Part shown: positions 11,200 through 22,325 of the stretch, one piece after another
Numbering within the stretch: position 1 is the stretch's first letter
Layout of the letters: each line of letters begins with the position of its first letter
Assembly: GCA_963817915.1 (NCBI GenBank)
Contig: CAWFQL010000012.1
Coordinates: 128,001-192,000 of the forward strand
Reading direction: 5' to 3'
DNA from: an uncultured candidate division Zixibacteria bacterium
Lineage (GTDB): Bacteria > Zixibacteria > MSB-5A5 > UBA10806
DNA: 64,000 nucleotides
Notes under the pieces: model-generated
What the model saw: only the letters and a program-made list of their open reading frames with translations
Databases searched by the model: none
What the model was told of the DNA's origin: nothing
Translations under genes and position numbers: made by a program

Positions 11200-13312
11200 A
11201 TGAATAAATTGTTATTGATTTTGATCGTCGGCATAACCGCCTTAATGCCGGCCATTTCTTTCGGACAAGATATCGAGTACGTCGGTTCGGCATTAGGCTT
11301 TCATGTCGTTAGCGCCTGCGTAGACGGAAATACAGCTTATTGCGCCATTCAAGAGGGTTTATTAGTTTTGGATATTTCCAATTATGATAATCCCCCAATT
11401 GTTGGCAGGTATTTGATCGCAGGGAAGTGCAAAAGATATTGCTAAATCAGGGGATTATATTTATTTGGTTGATGATTCACCGCGGTTAAATGTAATAGAT
11501 ATTTCCGAACCATCTACTCCCGCCCTTGTAGGCGTGCTAAATACTGTCGGATTCCCCAACAGAATATGTATTTCCAACAATTATGCCTATGTTGCTGAAA
11601 ATTCTGGACTGGAAATCATAGGAATTTCAAATCCATCGGCTCCAATATCGCTGAGTTATATAAATACGGTTGTCGGTAAAGCAGTTTGTTTGAGCGGTCA
11701 TTTCGCCTATATGGCCTGCGGGACAGATGGTATGAAGATAATCAGTGTAGCCGACCCTTTGAACCCTCGAATTTTGTCGATGTATAGACTGAATTCAAAT
11801 TTTGTTGATGTAAAGGTAGCCGGATTATATGCTTATTTGGTTGAACCGTCAGAGCTAAGCATCATGAATGTCTCTGATTCATTGTATCCTGATTATGTCG
11901 GACATTATCAGGATGCCGGCAATGGTTATAGCATATCAATTTCTGGCAGCAAAGCTTATCTAAGTTATCGAAGCAGTGAGTTGCAGATTTTGAATCTCAG
12001 AACCCCTACAAATATTGTATTGTTGGGGAATTATCCTCACGCCGGACTAATGACCGGCCAGATTCTGTCAAATCAATTTATTTTCCAGGCTGGCGGCCAG
12101 CATGGATTTGATATAGTGGACGTCCGTGATCCGTCAAATCCGATATTAGCAGGATATTTTGGAAATAACTATACCTCGAAAGCAATTACCGCCGTTGGCA
12201 ATATTGCCTATCTGTATTCAAGTGACAGATTAGTCATAATGGATATTTCCAATCCAGCGATTCCAAATTTTGTGGCAGAGAGCGAGGTTATTCCAAATTC
12301 TTATGAGCCAAAAATTATTGTATCTGATTCAATTGCGTTTTTGCTGACTGGAAGGCAGTTTGTGTATTTATACAACATTTCCGATCCGAATCATCCTGCT
12401 CGCATTGGCATTTATCAGTCTCCAGATTATTCCTGCACAGATGTTTACGTTCAAGATAATTATGCTTATTTCACCAATAATGGTAACGGACTACAGATCG
12501 TGAATTTCAGCGATCCGGCAAATCCCGTAATAATTGACCATGACACTCCAATCGGAGACGCCAGCAGTATATTTGTATCAGGCGATTATGCTTATATCGG
12601 CGGTCATTTTGGCCTAAAATTAGTATATATTAGCGATCCGTCAAATCCAAACGTAGTATCGAGTCTATCTTTATCTAGTGATGTTGCTGATATAATCGTA
12701 AGAGATAATTATGCATATCTGGCAGGTGGATCCTCTGGCCTGAATGTAGTGGATGTATCAAACCCGTACGAACCCGATAGTTTCCCGCGCTTTCATACAT
12801 TAGGGGCGGCGCAAAGATTATCCCTTTCGGGCAATTATATCTTTATAGCCGAGCATCTAACGGGTATTGAGGCAGTTGATGTTTCAGACCCGGCAGATTT
12901 AATATTAGCGGATTACTATGATACCCCCGGCAATTCCGTTGATATATCGAATATTGGCGAATATATTTATGTCGCTGATGGCTCATCAATGTTGGTCCTC
13001 CGATTCAATCCGCGGACTGGGCTGATGGACGATATTCAGGATTTACCCCGGAATTTCTCCCTCTCCCAAAACTACCCCAACCCCTTCAACGCCCAGACCA
13101 CAATCAATTATAGCCTGCCGCAGGCAGGCGACGTGACAATCGATATCTTCGATATCCTCGGACGAAAGATAGCTTCGATAAATCAAGGACATCAGTCTAC
13201 TGGATCGCATTTTATAACATGGGATGCCAGCGATGCGGCTTCGGGAATCTATTTTTATCGGATCAATGCTAATGGATTTAGCGAGACAAGGCAGATGGTG
13301 CTGCTAAAATAG
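11200..13312 (+). CDS. secreted LVIVD-repeat protein with T9SS-type CTD (frameshift near 11425)
   Basis: Signal-peptide ORF 11200 joins ORF 11465 if one base is removed (AGSAKDIAKSGDYIYLVD); many LVIVD repeats; CTD. Confidence 0.85.
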
Positions 13313-13349
13313 AGTGATTTTAATAATATTAATTTAAAGGGGAATACTT

Positions 13350-15794
13350 ATGAAAAGATCGCTATTAATTCTAATATTTGGCATCTTATTAACTTCAAAT
13401 TCATACGCTATTGAGCCGCTTTTCGATACTCGAATTGATTATCCGGTGAATGATTCGGCCAATTTTGTCTATTGCGCGGAATTAAATGGCGATAATTCCA
13501 TCGATATGGTCGTAGTACCATCGAATTCAGACAGCATCTTGATTTTCATAAATAGGGGCGATGGCACATTTTTTCCGCCAACTAAATTTCTGGTTGGACC
13601 TCGGATGAAGTCAGCTTATGCCTCTGATCTGGATAATGACGGAAGCAGTGATCTTGCGATAATCAACAATTCAACCGGAAGTCGATTGCATATTTTTTGG
13701 AATAATGGATTTGGTGAATTCGAGGCTGGCCCCACTTTTTCATTTGAAAGTACTTCATGGCTTTCGGCGGTACATTGCGCCGACCTCAATGGTGATAATC
13801 ATAACGATATTCTTGCGACAGATTTTGTGTTAGGCCGCGTTTACGTCTTTTTATATGATGGCTATCGTCATTTCGCGCATTATGTGATTTATTACCCTGG
13901 TTCAGAACCCGCATCAGTGGTCGCGTTCGATTTGGATAATGATGGAGATAAGGATATCGCAACCGCCAATCAGGGAGCAGGCCAATATGGGATAAGCATT
14001 TTAAAAAATGATGGCAACGGCATTTTCGGTCCTGATACTTTATATCGTTACAATAACAGCACAAATTTTATTCGGGCCGCTGATTTTAACAATGATGGTT
14101 TTATGGATCTAACCTGTATTGCCGATACTGGCGTAGTCGTAATGCTCAATGATGGCAACGGTGTATTCGCTTCCAGGTCCATGATTGGAGGATCAATAGG
14201 GATGAGAGCCGTATATCCTTCTGATCTGAACGGTGATAACTTTATAGACCTTGCCGCAGTAAATTACAATCGGAGCACGATGACAACCTATTCGAACAAT
14301 GGCGACGGGACATTTACTAATATTGCAATATATAGCGCTGGCGATCAGCCACGTTCAGTCTTCTGTGCTGATTTAGACGAAGATGGCGCCAATGATATCG
14401 CGGTATCTAATCAGGATGGGAAAAGCGTTTCAATTTATAAGAACAAAGGTGATGGAACATTCTTTAACCCGTCATTACTCGATATTGCATATCTTCCCGT
14501 CCAGATAATCTGTCCCGATATTGATGGAAATGGATTTAGCGATATCGTGGCATTAGGCCCCTTAGCTACAACCTCAATCTATTTAAGCAATGGTAGCGGA
14601 TTTTCGGAGCCTATTAATTTAGATCGAGATTTTCCCGCTGATGGAATAAATTCGGCTGATTTCAATCGAGATGGTTTCACGGATCTAGCCATTTGGACTA
14701 ATGAATTTAATCAATTTCTCGAAATTCGCATTTTGAACGGCAATGGCGATGGTTCATTTCAATCTCCGCATTTATTATATGTTGAGTCACCAATCCAATT
14801 TAATTCATTATCTTGTTTTGATTTAAATCGCGATTCATACGACGATCTTATTATCGGAGGGGATTATGATACGATTTGGGTCAAGTTTAACGACGGTACC
14901 GGCGATTTTGGGAATAGTATTCCAATTGCTTTGGATGAACAGGATACGCGCGCGTTAGCTATAGGCGATATCAACAATGATGGCATTAGCGATATTGTTA
15001 CCGGTTATATTGGTAAATTCACAATTATAGAAAATAATGGCGATGGCACATTTGGCGATATCACATCATATACCGACACTACTAATTTTAACAGCATTTT
15101 GGTTATAGATTTCGATCAAGATGATACTCTTGACATTGTGCTGGCTGGCAATCATTACTTATCACTTTGGCATCAGGTGGGCGACGGGGGCTTTGAAAAT
15201 TCCAGTGTAATTAGCATTTCTTCGACAATGTACGGAACCGGGTTTTGGAACGCAGATATAGATGGAGATGGGATTTCAGACATTCTTCATTTTTCAAATC
15301 CTGGAAATTTATTAAATATTTATGCCAAGCAGGGAGAATTGCAATTTCAGCCTACATTTGGATATGGCATTGGCGGCCGCGCAAATTCAGGCGCCAGCGG
15401 CGATTTTGACGGAAACGGTACTGCCGATGTCGCAGCATCGGTTGTTTTTCAATATAATCCCCAAATAGCAGTATTGTATAATCGCAGAATTCCAACAGGA
15501 ATTAATGACGATGAATTCATTCCATTACCAGTCAAAAGTGTTCTTTCCCAAAACTTTCCCAATCCTTTCAATGCCCAGACGACAATTAAATACAGCCTGC
15601 CGATCGCTAGCCATGTTACTATTGATATCTTCGATATCCTTGGGCGGAAAATCTCAACTCTGGCGCAAGGCCGTCAACTCGCAGGATCACATGCGGTCAT
15701 CTGGGACGCCAGCGGGACAGCGTCAGGAATATATTTTTACCGAATCGATGCCAATGGATATAAAGAAACAAGACAGATGGTATTGCTGAAATAA
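13350..15794 (+). CDS. secreted FG-GAP/VCBS repeat protein with T9SS-type CTD
   Basis: Many DxNxDGxxD...NxGDGTF repeats; C-terminal NFPNPFNAQT...RQMVLLK. Confidence 0.9.
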   Translation: MKRSLLILIFGILLTSNSYAIEPLFDTRIDYPVNDSANFVYCAELNGDNSIDMVVVPSNSDSILIFINRGDGTFFPPTKFLVGPRMKSAYASDLDNDGSSDLAIINNSTGSRLHIFWNNGFGEFEAGPTFSFESTSWLSAVHCADLNGDNHNDILATDFVLGRVYVFLYDGYRHFAHYVIYYPGSEPASVVAFDLDNDGDKDIATANQGAGQYGISILKNDGNGIFGPDTLYRYNNSTNFIRAADFNNDGFMDLTCIADTGVVVMLNDGNGVFASRSMIGGSIGMRAVYPSDLNGDNFIDLAAVNYNRSTMTTYSNNGDGTFTNIAIYSAGDQPRSVFCADLDEDGANDIAVSNQDGKSVSIYKNKGDGTFFNPSLLDIAYLPVQIICPDIDGNGFSDIVALGPLATTSIYLSNGSGFSEPINLDRDFPADGINSADFNRDGFTDLAIWTNEFNQFLEIRILNGNGDGSFQSPHLLYVESPIQFNSLSCFDLNRDSYDDLIIGGDYDTIWVKFNDGTGDFGNSIPIALDEQDTRALAIGDINNDGISDIVTGYIGKFTIIENNGDGTFGDITSYTDTTNFNSILVIDFDQDDTLDIVLAGNHYLSLWHQVGDGGFENSSVISISSTMYGTGFWNADIDGDGISDILHFSNPGNLLNIYAKQGELQFQPTFGYGIGGRANSGASGDFDGNGTADVAASVVFQYNPQIAVLYNRRIPTGINDDEFIPLPVKSVLSQNFPNPFNAQTTIKYSLPIASHVTIDIFDILGRKISTLAQGRQLAGSHAVIWDASGTASGIYFYRIDANGYKETRQMVLLK

Positions 15795-15839
15795 CATGAC
15801 AGATCATTTTTGCGCTACTCAAGTTGCCTGGAGGACTCA

Positions 15840-17506
15840 ATGAAAAGTATTGCTACAGCGTTGCTCATATTGCTCTCGCTTTGGTGCTCGTCGGCTGTTT
15901 TAGCTCCAAGATTCATTATTTGCGCCGCCGATCAACTATCCCGCTGGAGCATGCCCTCTGGCTGTTGTTGCCTGTGATTTTAACGGCGACGGCATCGGCG
16001 ACCTGGCCACTTTAGTTGGATGCGGATCAGGAGTATCTGTATTGATAAATAATGGCGATGGAACTTTTCGGCCGGCGGTTGGTTATGCTGCCGGTTCGTA
16101 CTCTGTTTCGATATTTGCCTGCGATCTCAATGGGGACGGGGACAACGATATTGCTGTATCCAATTTATATTCCAATACTGTAACTATTTTAATAAACAAT
16201 GGCAATGGAACTTTTCAGACGGCAGTAAGCTATCCTACCGGTACGGGCCCTACGACTGTTTTTGCGTGTGATCTTGACGGAGATGGAGATAATGACCTGG
16301 CTATATCGAATGCCGGCGCCAGCGACATATCCATATTAAGAAACAACGGCGATGGAACTTTTCAGGCGGCGTATTACATCCCTGTGTGGGAAAATCCCGA
16401 GTGGCTTTATGCCTGCGATATTGATGGCGATGGGGACAATGACTTGGTTGTACAACATTATTTAACCAGTTATATTTCTATATTAAAGAACAACGGCGAT
16501 GCTACTTTTCAGCCGAGGGTTGACATAGACTTACCACTTTGCAACAGCAAAGATCTTATTGCAGGTGATTTTGACCTCGATGGAGATAATAGATCTTGCC
16601 GCATTATGTATTGACGATTGGGTTTATATATTAATTAACAATGGCGATGGGACTTTTCATGCAGGCGGCAATTGTGGAATGGATTATTGGGTAAATGATA
16701 TTTTTGCGTCCGATCTTAATTGCGATGGGTTTAAAGATTTGGTAGTGACATATTGGGAATCAGGTTCCATCTCTATAGCGCTTAATAACGGTGATGGTAC
16801 TTTTCAAGCGCATGACGACTATGTTGTAGGCGGGCGGCCTTTTGCCGCCGCCGCCGCGGATTTTGATGTTGATGGCGATAATGACCTGGCCCTTGCCAAT
16901 ATAAATATAGATAGCGTCTCAATACTACTTAATAGAACATTGACTTTGCCCGGTGAGATTGACGGAGCTGTGACCGAAATCGACGGCACGACACCGATTG
17001 ATAATGTTATAGTGAAGGCCCTGCAAAGCTATTTGGAGGTCAAACGTGATACCACAGATACAAACGGCCAATATTCTCTGACTAATCTTTCGCCTGGGCT
17101 TTATGAAGTTCGCGCTTCGAAGGATGGATACGAAACCCAGACTCAACAAAATATCGAGGTGATCAGCGGGCAGGCATTGACTTTAAATATCCAATTGAGT
17201 CAATGGATGCCGCCATGCGCTTACGTTCCAGGTGATGTCAATGGCAGTAATACCTTTAATGGACTAGATGTGACCTACGGGGTTAATTACTTCAATGGGG
17301 GAGCAATACCACCATATTTTTGCGAATGTGCGCCAGACAATACCTGGTTTGTTTCCGGAGATGTCAATGGCAGCTGCAGCTTTAATGGTCTCGATGTTAC
17401 CTATATGGTCAATTATTTCAGAGGGGGAACGGCTCCAATACCTTGTGCTGATTGTCCGCCGCCAGGATTGTCGTCTCCTATGCCGAAAGCTGAGATGGAT
17501 GATTGA
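15840..17506 (+). CDS. secreted FG-GAP repeat + carboxypeptidase-regulatory-like + dockerin-like protein (frameshifts near 15906 and 16590)
   Basis: SD GGAGG and ATG 15840 (MKSIATALLILLSLWCSSAVLA-QDSLFAPP); once repaired it is collinear with the paralog at 17565. Confidence 0.8.
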
Positions 17507-17564
17507 AGTTGTGATACGAAGCAGAAAATCAATTTTAGGTTAGCGCAAATAACGGGAGGACTCG

Positions 17565-19217
17565 ATGAGAAGTATTGTTGCCGCGTTGTTTATATTGATC
17601 TGGCTATTGCCAGCCTCGGCAGTCTTTGCTCAAGACTCGCTTTTTGCTCCTGTAGTCCAATACCCCGCAGGAATCCTTCCCGCGGCGATATTTGCAGGTG
17701 ATCTTGATGGGGATGGGATTAATGATCTGGCGGTTGCAAACGTTGCTTCCAACGACATCTCAATTCTAAGAGGCAACGGCGACGGCACATTTCAAACCGC
17801 AATAAATTATTTTGCTGATTACCAGCCAAAGCTGATATCTGGTGATGACTTTGACGGGGACGGGGATATTGATCTGGCGGCCGCAAATGTTGATTCTAAT
17901 CAGATCTCAATATTAAAGAATAATGGTGATGGCACATTTCAGGCCCCATCTAGCTATAGCCTGAGGGGAAATCCTATGTCAATGTTTGCCGCCGATTTTG
18001 ACGGAGATGGGCATTGCGATCTGGTAACTGCAAACGCCTATACGGACAACCTTTCAATATTGATGAATAATGGCGATGGTACTTTTCAAGCCCCAGTCAT
18101 ATACACCACCGGGGACTATCCTTCAGCGATTACAGCTTGTGATTTCGACTTGGATGGGGATATTGATTTGGCTGTAGCCGAAGGCCCCGATACTATATCA
18201 ATAATGATGAATGACGGCCATGGGGTATTTCAGCCTCCAGTCCAATACACTGCCGGTTTATACTCGAACTCAATTGTCGCCAGTGATCTTGATGGTGATG
18301 GAGACGCGGATCTGGCTATCGTGGCTACCGAACAAAATAGAGTATGTGTACTTTTGAATAATGGCGATGGCACATTTCAAAATGGCGGCGACTATCCTGC
18401 GGGGACCATTCCAATGGCTGTTACTTCCGCAGATTACGACAATGACGGAGACAATGATCTGGCTGTTTCTTATACTGGAGAAGGCACTGTCTTAATCTAC
18501 CTGAACAATGGAAATGGTGTTTTTGGGGAGCCAAACAGTTTTTTTGTAGGAGGTTTTCCTCTTTCTATCATTTCTTCTGATCTTGACGCTGACGGTGATA
18601 TTGACCTGGCCATGGCTAGTTTTTCCACAGTCTCCATATTGCTCAACCAACATGTTGGCGCCTTTGGCGAAGTTATTGGTACTGTGACTGAACTCGATCA
18701 AATGACTCCGATTGACAGTGTTCTGGTTAGAGCATTCCAAAACGATATTGAAATTGCCAGAGACATAGCCAATGCCCAGGGCTATTACAATCTTGAGGCC
18801 CTCACTCCCGGGATATATGATATCGCGGCTTCAAAAACCGGATATGAAAGTCAGATTCTGCAGGAAATCGAAATTGTTTCCGGGCGAACAATGAACATAG
18901 ATTTTATACTGCTTACCGGGGATTCGCCCTGCTCTTATATCGCAGGCGATATTAATAACAGCGGTCAGTCAAACGGTCTTGATGTTGTTTACGGCGTGAA
19001 CTACTTCAAGGGTGATACGCCGCCGCCATATTCTTGTGAATGCACAACAGGTGAAACCTGGTATGTCGCGGGCGATGTCAATGGCAGTTGCAATTTCAAT
19101 GGCCTCGATATTTCATATTTCGTGAACTACCTTAAAGGCGGACCATCCATGATACCATGCCCATTATGTGCTCCGGCAACATTGTCTTCCCATGCCCTGG
19201 AGGATCTAGCACAATAG
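17565..19217 (+). CDS. secreted FG-GAP repeat + carboxypeptidase-regulatory-like + dockerin-like protein
   Basis: Signal peptide; DLDGDGxxDLA repeats; LTPGIYDIAASKTGY; duplicated GDxNxSxxxNGLD C-terminal motif. Confidence 0.9.
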   Translation: MRSIVAALFILIWLLPASAVFAQDSLFAPVVQYPAGILPAAIFAGDLDGDGINDLAVANVASNDISILRGNGDGTFQTAINYFADYQPKLISGDDFDGDGDIDLAAANVDSNQISILKNNGDGTFQAPSSYSLRGNPMSMFAADFDGDGHCDLVTANAYTDNLSILMNNGDGTFQAPVIYTTGDYPSAITACDFDLDGDIDLAVAEGPDTISIMMNDGHGVFQPPVQYTAGLYSNSIVASDLDGDGDADLAIVATEQNRVCVLLNNGDGTFQNGGDYPAGTIPMAVTSADYDNDGDNDLAVSYTGEGTVLIYLNNGNGVFGEPNSFFVGGFPLSIISSDLDADGDIDLAMASFSTVSILLNQHVGAFGEVIGTVTELDQMTPIDSVLVRAFQNDIEIARDIANAQGYYNLEALTPGIYDIAASKTGYESQILQEIEIVSGRTMNIDFILLTGDSPCSYIAGDINNSGQSNGLDVVYGVNYFKGDTPPPYSCECTTGETWYVAGDVNGSCNFNGLDISYFVNYLKGGPSMIPCPLCAPATLSSHALEDLAQ

Positions 19218-19258
19218 ATAAAATGCTTAAATAAAAAATTGAGTTATTTAGTAATCAT

Positions 19259-19288
19259 TCGCTGTCGGGTTTTCTCGCCCGACAGCGA
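19259..19288. terminator. probable bidirectional terminator hairpin between convergent genes
   Basis: tcgctgtcggg-ttttctcg-cccgacagcga, perfect 11-bp stem. Confidence 0.7.
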
Positions 19289-19331
19289 TATTTATTTGAT
19301 GAATTAAGTGGCCCGAATTATAGGCCATCAT

Positions 19332-20120
19332 TTATTTAAATATCTCTGCGAAAAATTGCTTCATGGCTTCCCATGAACGTTTGTCGGCTTTTTCATTATA
19401 AGCCGAGCCTGTGGATGGATCACTGCCTGCAGTTGGTATCGTAAAGCTATGCACGGCGCCGCTGTATAATACCAATTGCCAATCGACATTAGCCTTGTTC
19501 ATCTCGTCCTCGAAACCGGCAATTTTCTCAGCATTAGAATAGGGGTCGTTCGCGCCGTGAAGGATCAGCACCTTGCATCTGATATTCTTGGCATCGGCCG
19601 GATTTGGCGTATCAAGCGTGCCATGAAAGCTGACCACTCCGGCGATATCGGCCCCGCTTCGAGCCAATTCCAAAACTGCCCCGCCGCCAAAGCAATACCC
19701 GATCGCTGCGATTTTTTCGGGATTAACAAATTTATTGCTTTTTAGCAAATCCAAGGCGGCGTTAATCCGTGCTCGCAGCAGTTGACGATCTTTATAGTAT
19801 ATTCCGGCCTGGGCCGATGCGTCTTGAGGGTTTTGTGGTCTGATTCCCTTGCCATAAATATCAGCCGCGAATGCGATATAACCGAGTCCCGCCAATTGTT
19901 CAGCTCGCATTTTCTCGTAAGACGTCAATCCCATCCATTGATGCGCGATCAAGATGCCGGGACGTTTACCGGTTAAAGAATCATCATACGCTAGATATCC
20001 TTCGAGAGTTGTCCCGCCCTGCATGTATTCCACGGTCTCGGTGCGAATGCGGGCGGATGAATTGCCGTAAACAACGGCTGTTATGATAATGACCATTGAT
20101 AGAAATCCAATAAACCTCAT
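19332..20120 (-). CDS. dienelactone hydrolase family protein (exported)
   Basis: AIGYCFGG nucleophile motif, SFHG, LHGAND, AVHSFT; signal peptide. Confidence 0.9.
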   Translation of the reverse strand: MRFIGFLSMVIIITAVVYGNSSARIRTETVEYMQGGTTLEGYLAYDDSLTGKRPGILIAHQWMGLTSYEKMRAEQLAGLGYIAFAADIYGKGIRPQNPQDASAQAGIYYKDRQLLRARINAALDLLKSNKFVNPEKIAAIGYCFGGGAVLELARSGADIAGVVSFHGTLDTPNPADAKNIRCKVLILHGANDPYSNAEKIAGFEDEMNKANVDWQLVLYSGAVHSFTIPTAGSDPSTGSAYNEKADKRSWEAMKQFFAEIFK

Positions 20121-20286
20121 TATGTCCTCCTTTAGACATTCCTACACCCGTTTGAAACGACATTAATGGTGCGTAAGTTTCTGCCACACAATAAAAAAAA
20201 CAGCCTTTTCGAAACATTTATCCGTATATATTCATTGTATGGGTATGCTAATAAAATCGGGCAGTTCAAAACATAAGGAGACTGAT

Positions 20287-22167
20287 ATGGCCAGAAAACT
20301 CTTGTTGGCAGGCGTTTTACTTTCAATTGCAATTCTAATGCTATCAAATACTGTTTTTGCGCAGAGCGGCAAGTTGCCCGAAAGGTCACAAATAGCTGAT
20401 AAATACAGATGGCATTTGCAGGATATTTATACTGATACAACAACGTGGAAAATCGATCTCGATAAATTTATCGCTCGGCTTCCCGAATTCGAAAAATATA
20501 AAGGCAAATTGGGAGGATCCGCTGATATACTCTATAGATGCCTTTCGTTGAAGGATAGCCTCGGGATCGTTTTTGGGAAGCTGTATGTCTATGCCGGCAT
20601 GAAACTCGATGAAGATACCAGGGTATCGCAGCAGCAGGAAATGCAAAGAAAAATCGGCGGAGTAAGTTCGCAGTTCGACGAAGTAACTTCATTCATAAGC
20701 CCCGAAATATTATCAATTCCGAATGATAAGATCGAAGGATTTCTAATATCCGATTCAAGGCTGAAATTATATGCGTTTTATATCGAAAATTTGATTAGGA
20801 CTAAAGCCCATATACTTTCACCCTCCGAAGAATCGATTCTGGCGCTCGCTGGAATTGCGACTCGAGGACCTGAGAATATTTTCAACATGATTGATAATGC
20901 CGATATCAAATATCCGACTGTCACCGATTCCAAAGGCGAAAAAATTCAGCTTTCCAAAGAACGATATTATGAAGTAATGGAATCCAGCGATCGCAAATTG
21001 CGCGCAGATGCCGCCAAGGCGTACAACGAAGCCTACACCGCTTATTTCAACGCATTAGGGGCGACTCTAACAAGTTCGGTTAATGACGATTGGTTTTACG
21101 CCCAGGCTCGCAAATATAAAACTTGCCTGGAGCACTCCCTTGATAATGATAATATCCCTGCATCCGTCTTCATGAATCTTATCTCTGCGGTCGATTCCAA
21201 TCTCGCCCCGCTGCATAAATGGGTTTCAATCAGAAAACGCATGATGGGCATTAGCGATATGCATTCTTATGACCTATGGGTGCCGCTGGTTCCAGAAGCC
21301 AAAGAGAAAATTCCGTATGATCAGGCCGCTGAGACTATCCAGAAAGGTCTAAAGCCTCTCGGAAGCGATTATCTTAAAAATGTCAATACCGCGCTTGCAT
21401 CCAATTGGATAGATGTCTACGAAACCGAAGGCAAGACAAGCGGCGGGTATTCATGGGGCTCCTATGCTACCCATCCCTATATATTGATGAATTATAACGA
21501 CAATATGACCAGCCTGTTCACATTGGCGCATGAGATGGGACATACCATGCACGCCTTTTACTCGGATCGGACGCAGCCGTATATTTATTCTGACCCTTCG
21601 CTGTTCGTCGCTGAAGTGGCCTCGACCACTAATGAAGCTCTTCTTATTAAGTACCTTTTGGATAATACCAAAGATAAAAAGAAAAAAATGTATCTCTTGA
21701 CCTACTATATCGAACAGATAATCGGCTCGTTCTATACGCAAGTGATGTTTTCTGAATTCGAAAAAAAGATACATGAAGTGGTCGAACAGGGCGGGGCGTT
21801 ATCATCGGAATCGATGAAAAATATGTATCGTGAAATCTATCAAAAATACTGGGGCCCGGAATTGGTATTGGATGATTGGTCAGGTATCGGCGGCATGACG
21901 ATCCCGCATTTCTACAGAAGCTATTATGTCTATGTGTACGCTACCAGCTACGCCGCCGCTCAGACTGTTTCGCAAAAAATCCTCAACGGCGACAAAAATG
22001 AACTCAAAAATTACATGACATTTTTGTCATCCGGCGGCAACGATTACCCCGTAGAGGAGTTGAAAAAGGCGGGGGTCGATTTGACCACATCTCAGCCGGT
22101 CGATGCCACGATAAAGCTTTTTTCTGACCTCGTAAATCAGATGGACAAACTTTTGAGCGAAAAATAA
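20287..22167 (+). CDS. pepF: oligoendopeptidase F (M3B) with signal peptide
   Basis: WIDVYETEGKTSGGYS, HPYILMNY, TLAHEMGHTMH, FVAEVAST, IPHFY; SD AAGGAG. Confidence 0.92.
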   Translation: MARKLLLAGVLLSIAILMLSNTVFAQSGKLPERSQIADKYRWHLQDIYTDTTTWKIDLDKFIARLPEFEKYKGKLGGSADILYRCLSLKDSLGIVFGKLYVYAGMKLDEDTRVSQQQEMQRKIGGVSSQFDEVTSFISPEILSIPNDKIEGFLISDSRLKLYAFYIENLIRTKAHILSPSEESILALAGIATRGPENIFNMIDNADIKYPTVTDSKGEKIQLSKERYYEVMESSDRKLRADAAKAYNEAYTAYFNALGATLTSSVNDDWFYAQARKYKTCLEHSLDNDNIPASVFMNLISAVDSNLAPLHKWVSIRKRMMGISDMHSYDLWVPLVPEAKEKIPYDQAAETIQKGLKPLGSDYLKNVNTALASNWIDVYETEGKTSGGYSWGSYATHPYILMNYNDNMTSLFTLAHEMGHTMHAFYSDRTQPYIYSDPSLFVAEVASTTNEALLIKYLLDNTKDKKKKMYLLTYYIEQIIGSFYTQVMFSEFEKKIHEVVEQGGALSSESMKNMYREIYQKYWGPELVLDDWSGIGGMTIPHFYRSYYVYVYATSYAAAQTVSQKILNGDKNELKNYMTFLSSGGNDYPVEELKKAGVDLTTSQPVDATIKLFSDLVNQMDKLLSEK

Positions 22168-22191
22168 AGTCGGTAGATTGCCGTACATCTT

Positions 22192-22228
22192 GCGGGGGCT
22201 TGATTTTCAAGTCCCCGTTTGTTTTTGT
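22192..22228 (+). terminator. intrinsic terminator after pepF
   Basis: gcgggggcttg...caagtccccgt followed by a T-rich tail. Confidence 0.7.
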
Positions 22229-22325
22229 TAAATCATAAAATCCTGAACGGAACTTAATACGAATGATTTGATTTAATCATTTTAATAGAGTAATTTGGAA
22301 ATTACTTTATGATAAGGAAGTATTT

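Larger units (their letters stand above)
6881..15794 (+). repeat. six dispersed ~245-bp direct repeats encoding the CTD (6881-7127, 8355-8598, 9626-9870, 10918-11162, 13068-13312, 15550-15794)
   Basis: Shared DNA aaaactaccccaaccccttcaacgc...gatatcttcgatatcct...gggaatctatttttatcg...atggtgctgctgaaataa with few substitutions. Confidence 0.9.

Noticed and set aside
6881..15794. CTD repeats as a diversity-generating retroelement TR/VR set
   Set aside because: No reverse transcriptase in the window; all copies are coding; differences run in both directions and include non-adenine positions
6310..19217. CRISPR array or integron cassette array
   Set aside because: The repeats are long and protein-coding; I saw no short regularly spaced repeats, attC-like sites, cas genes or integrase
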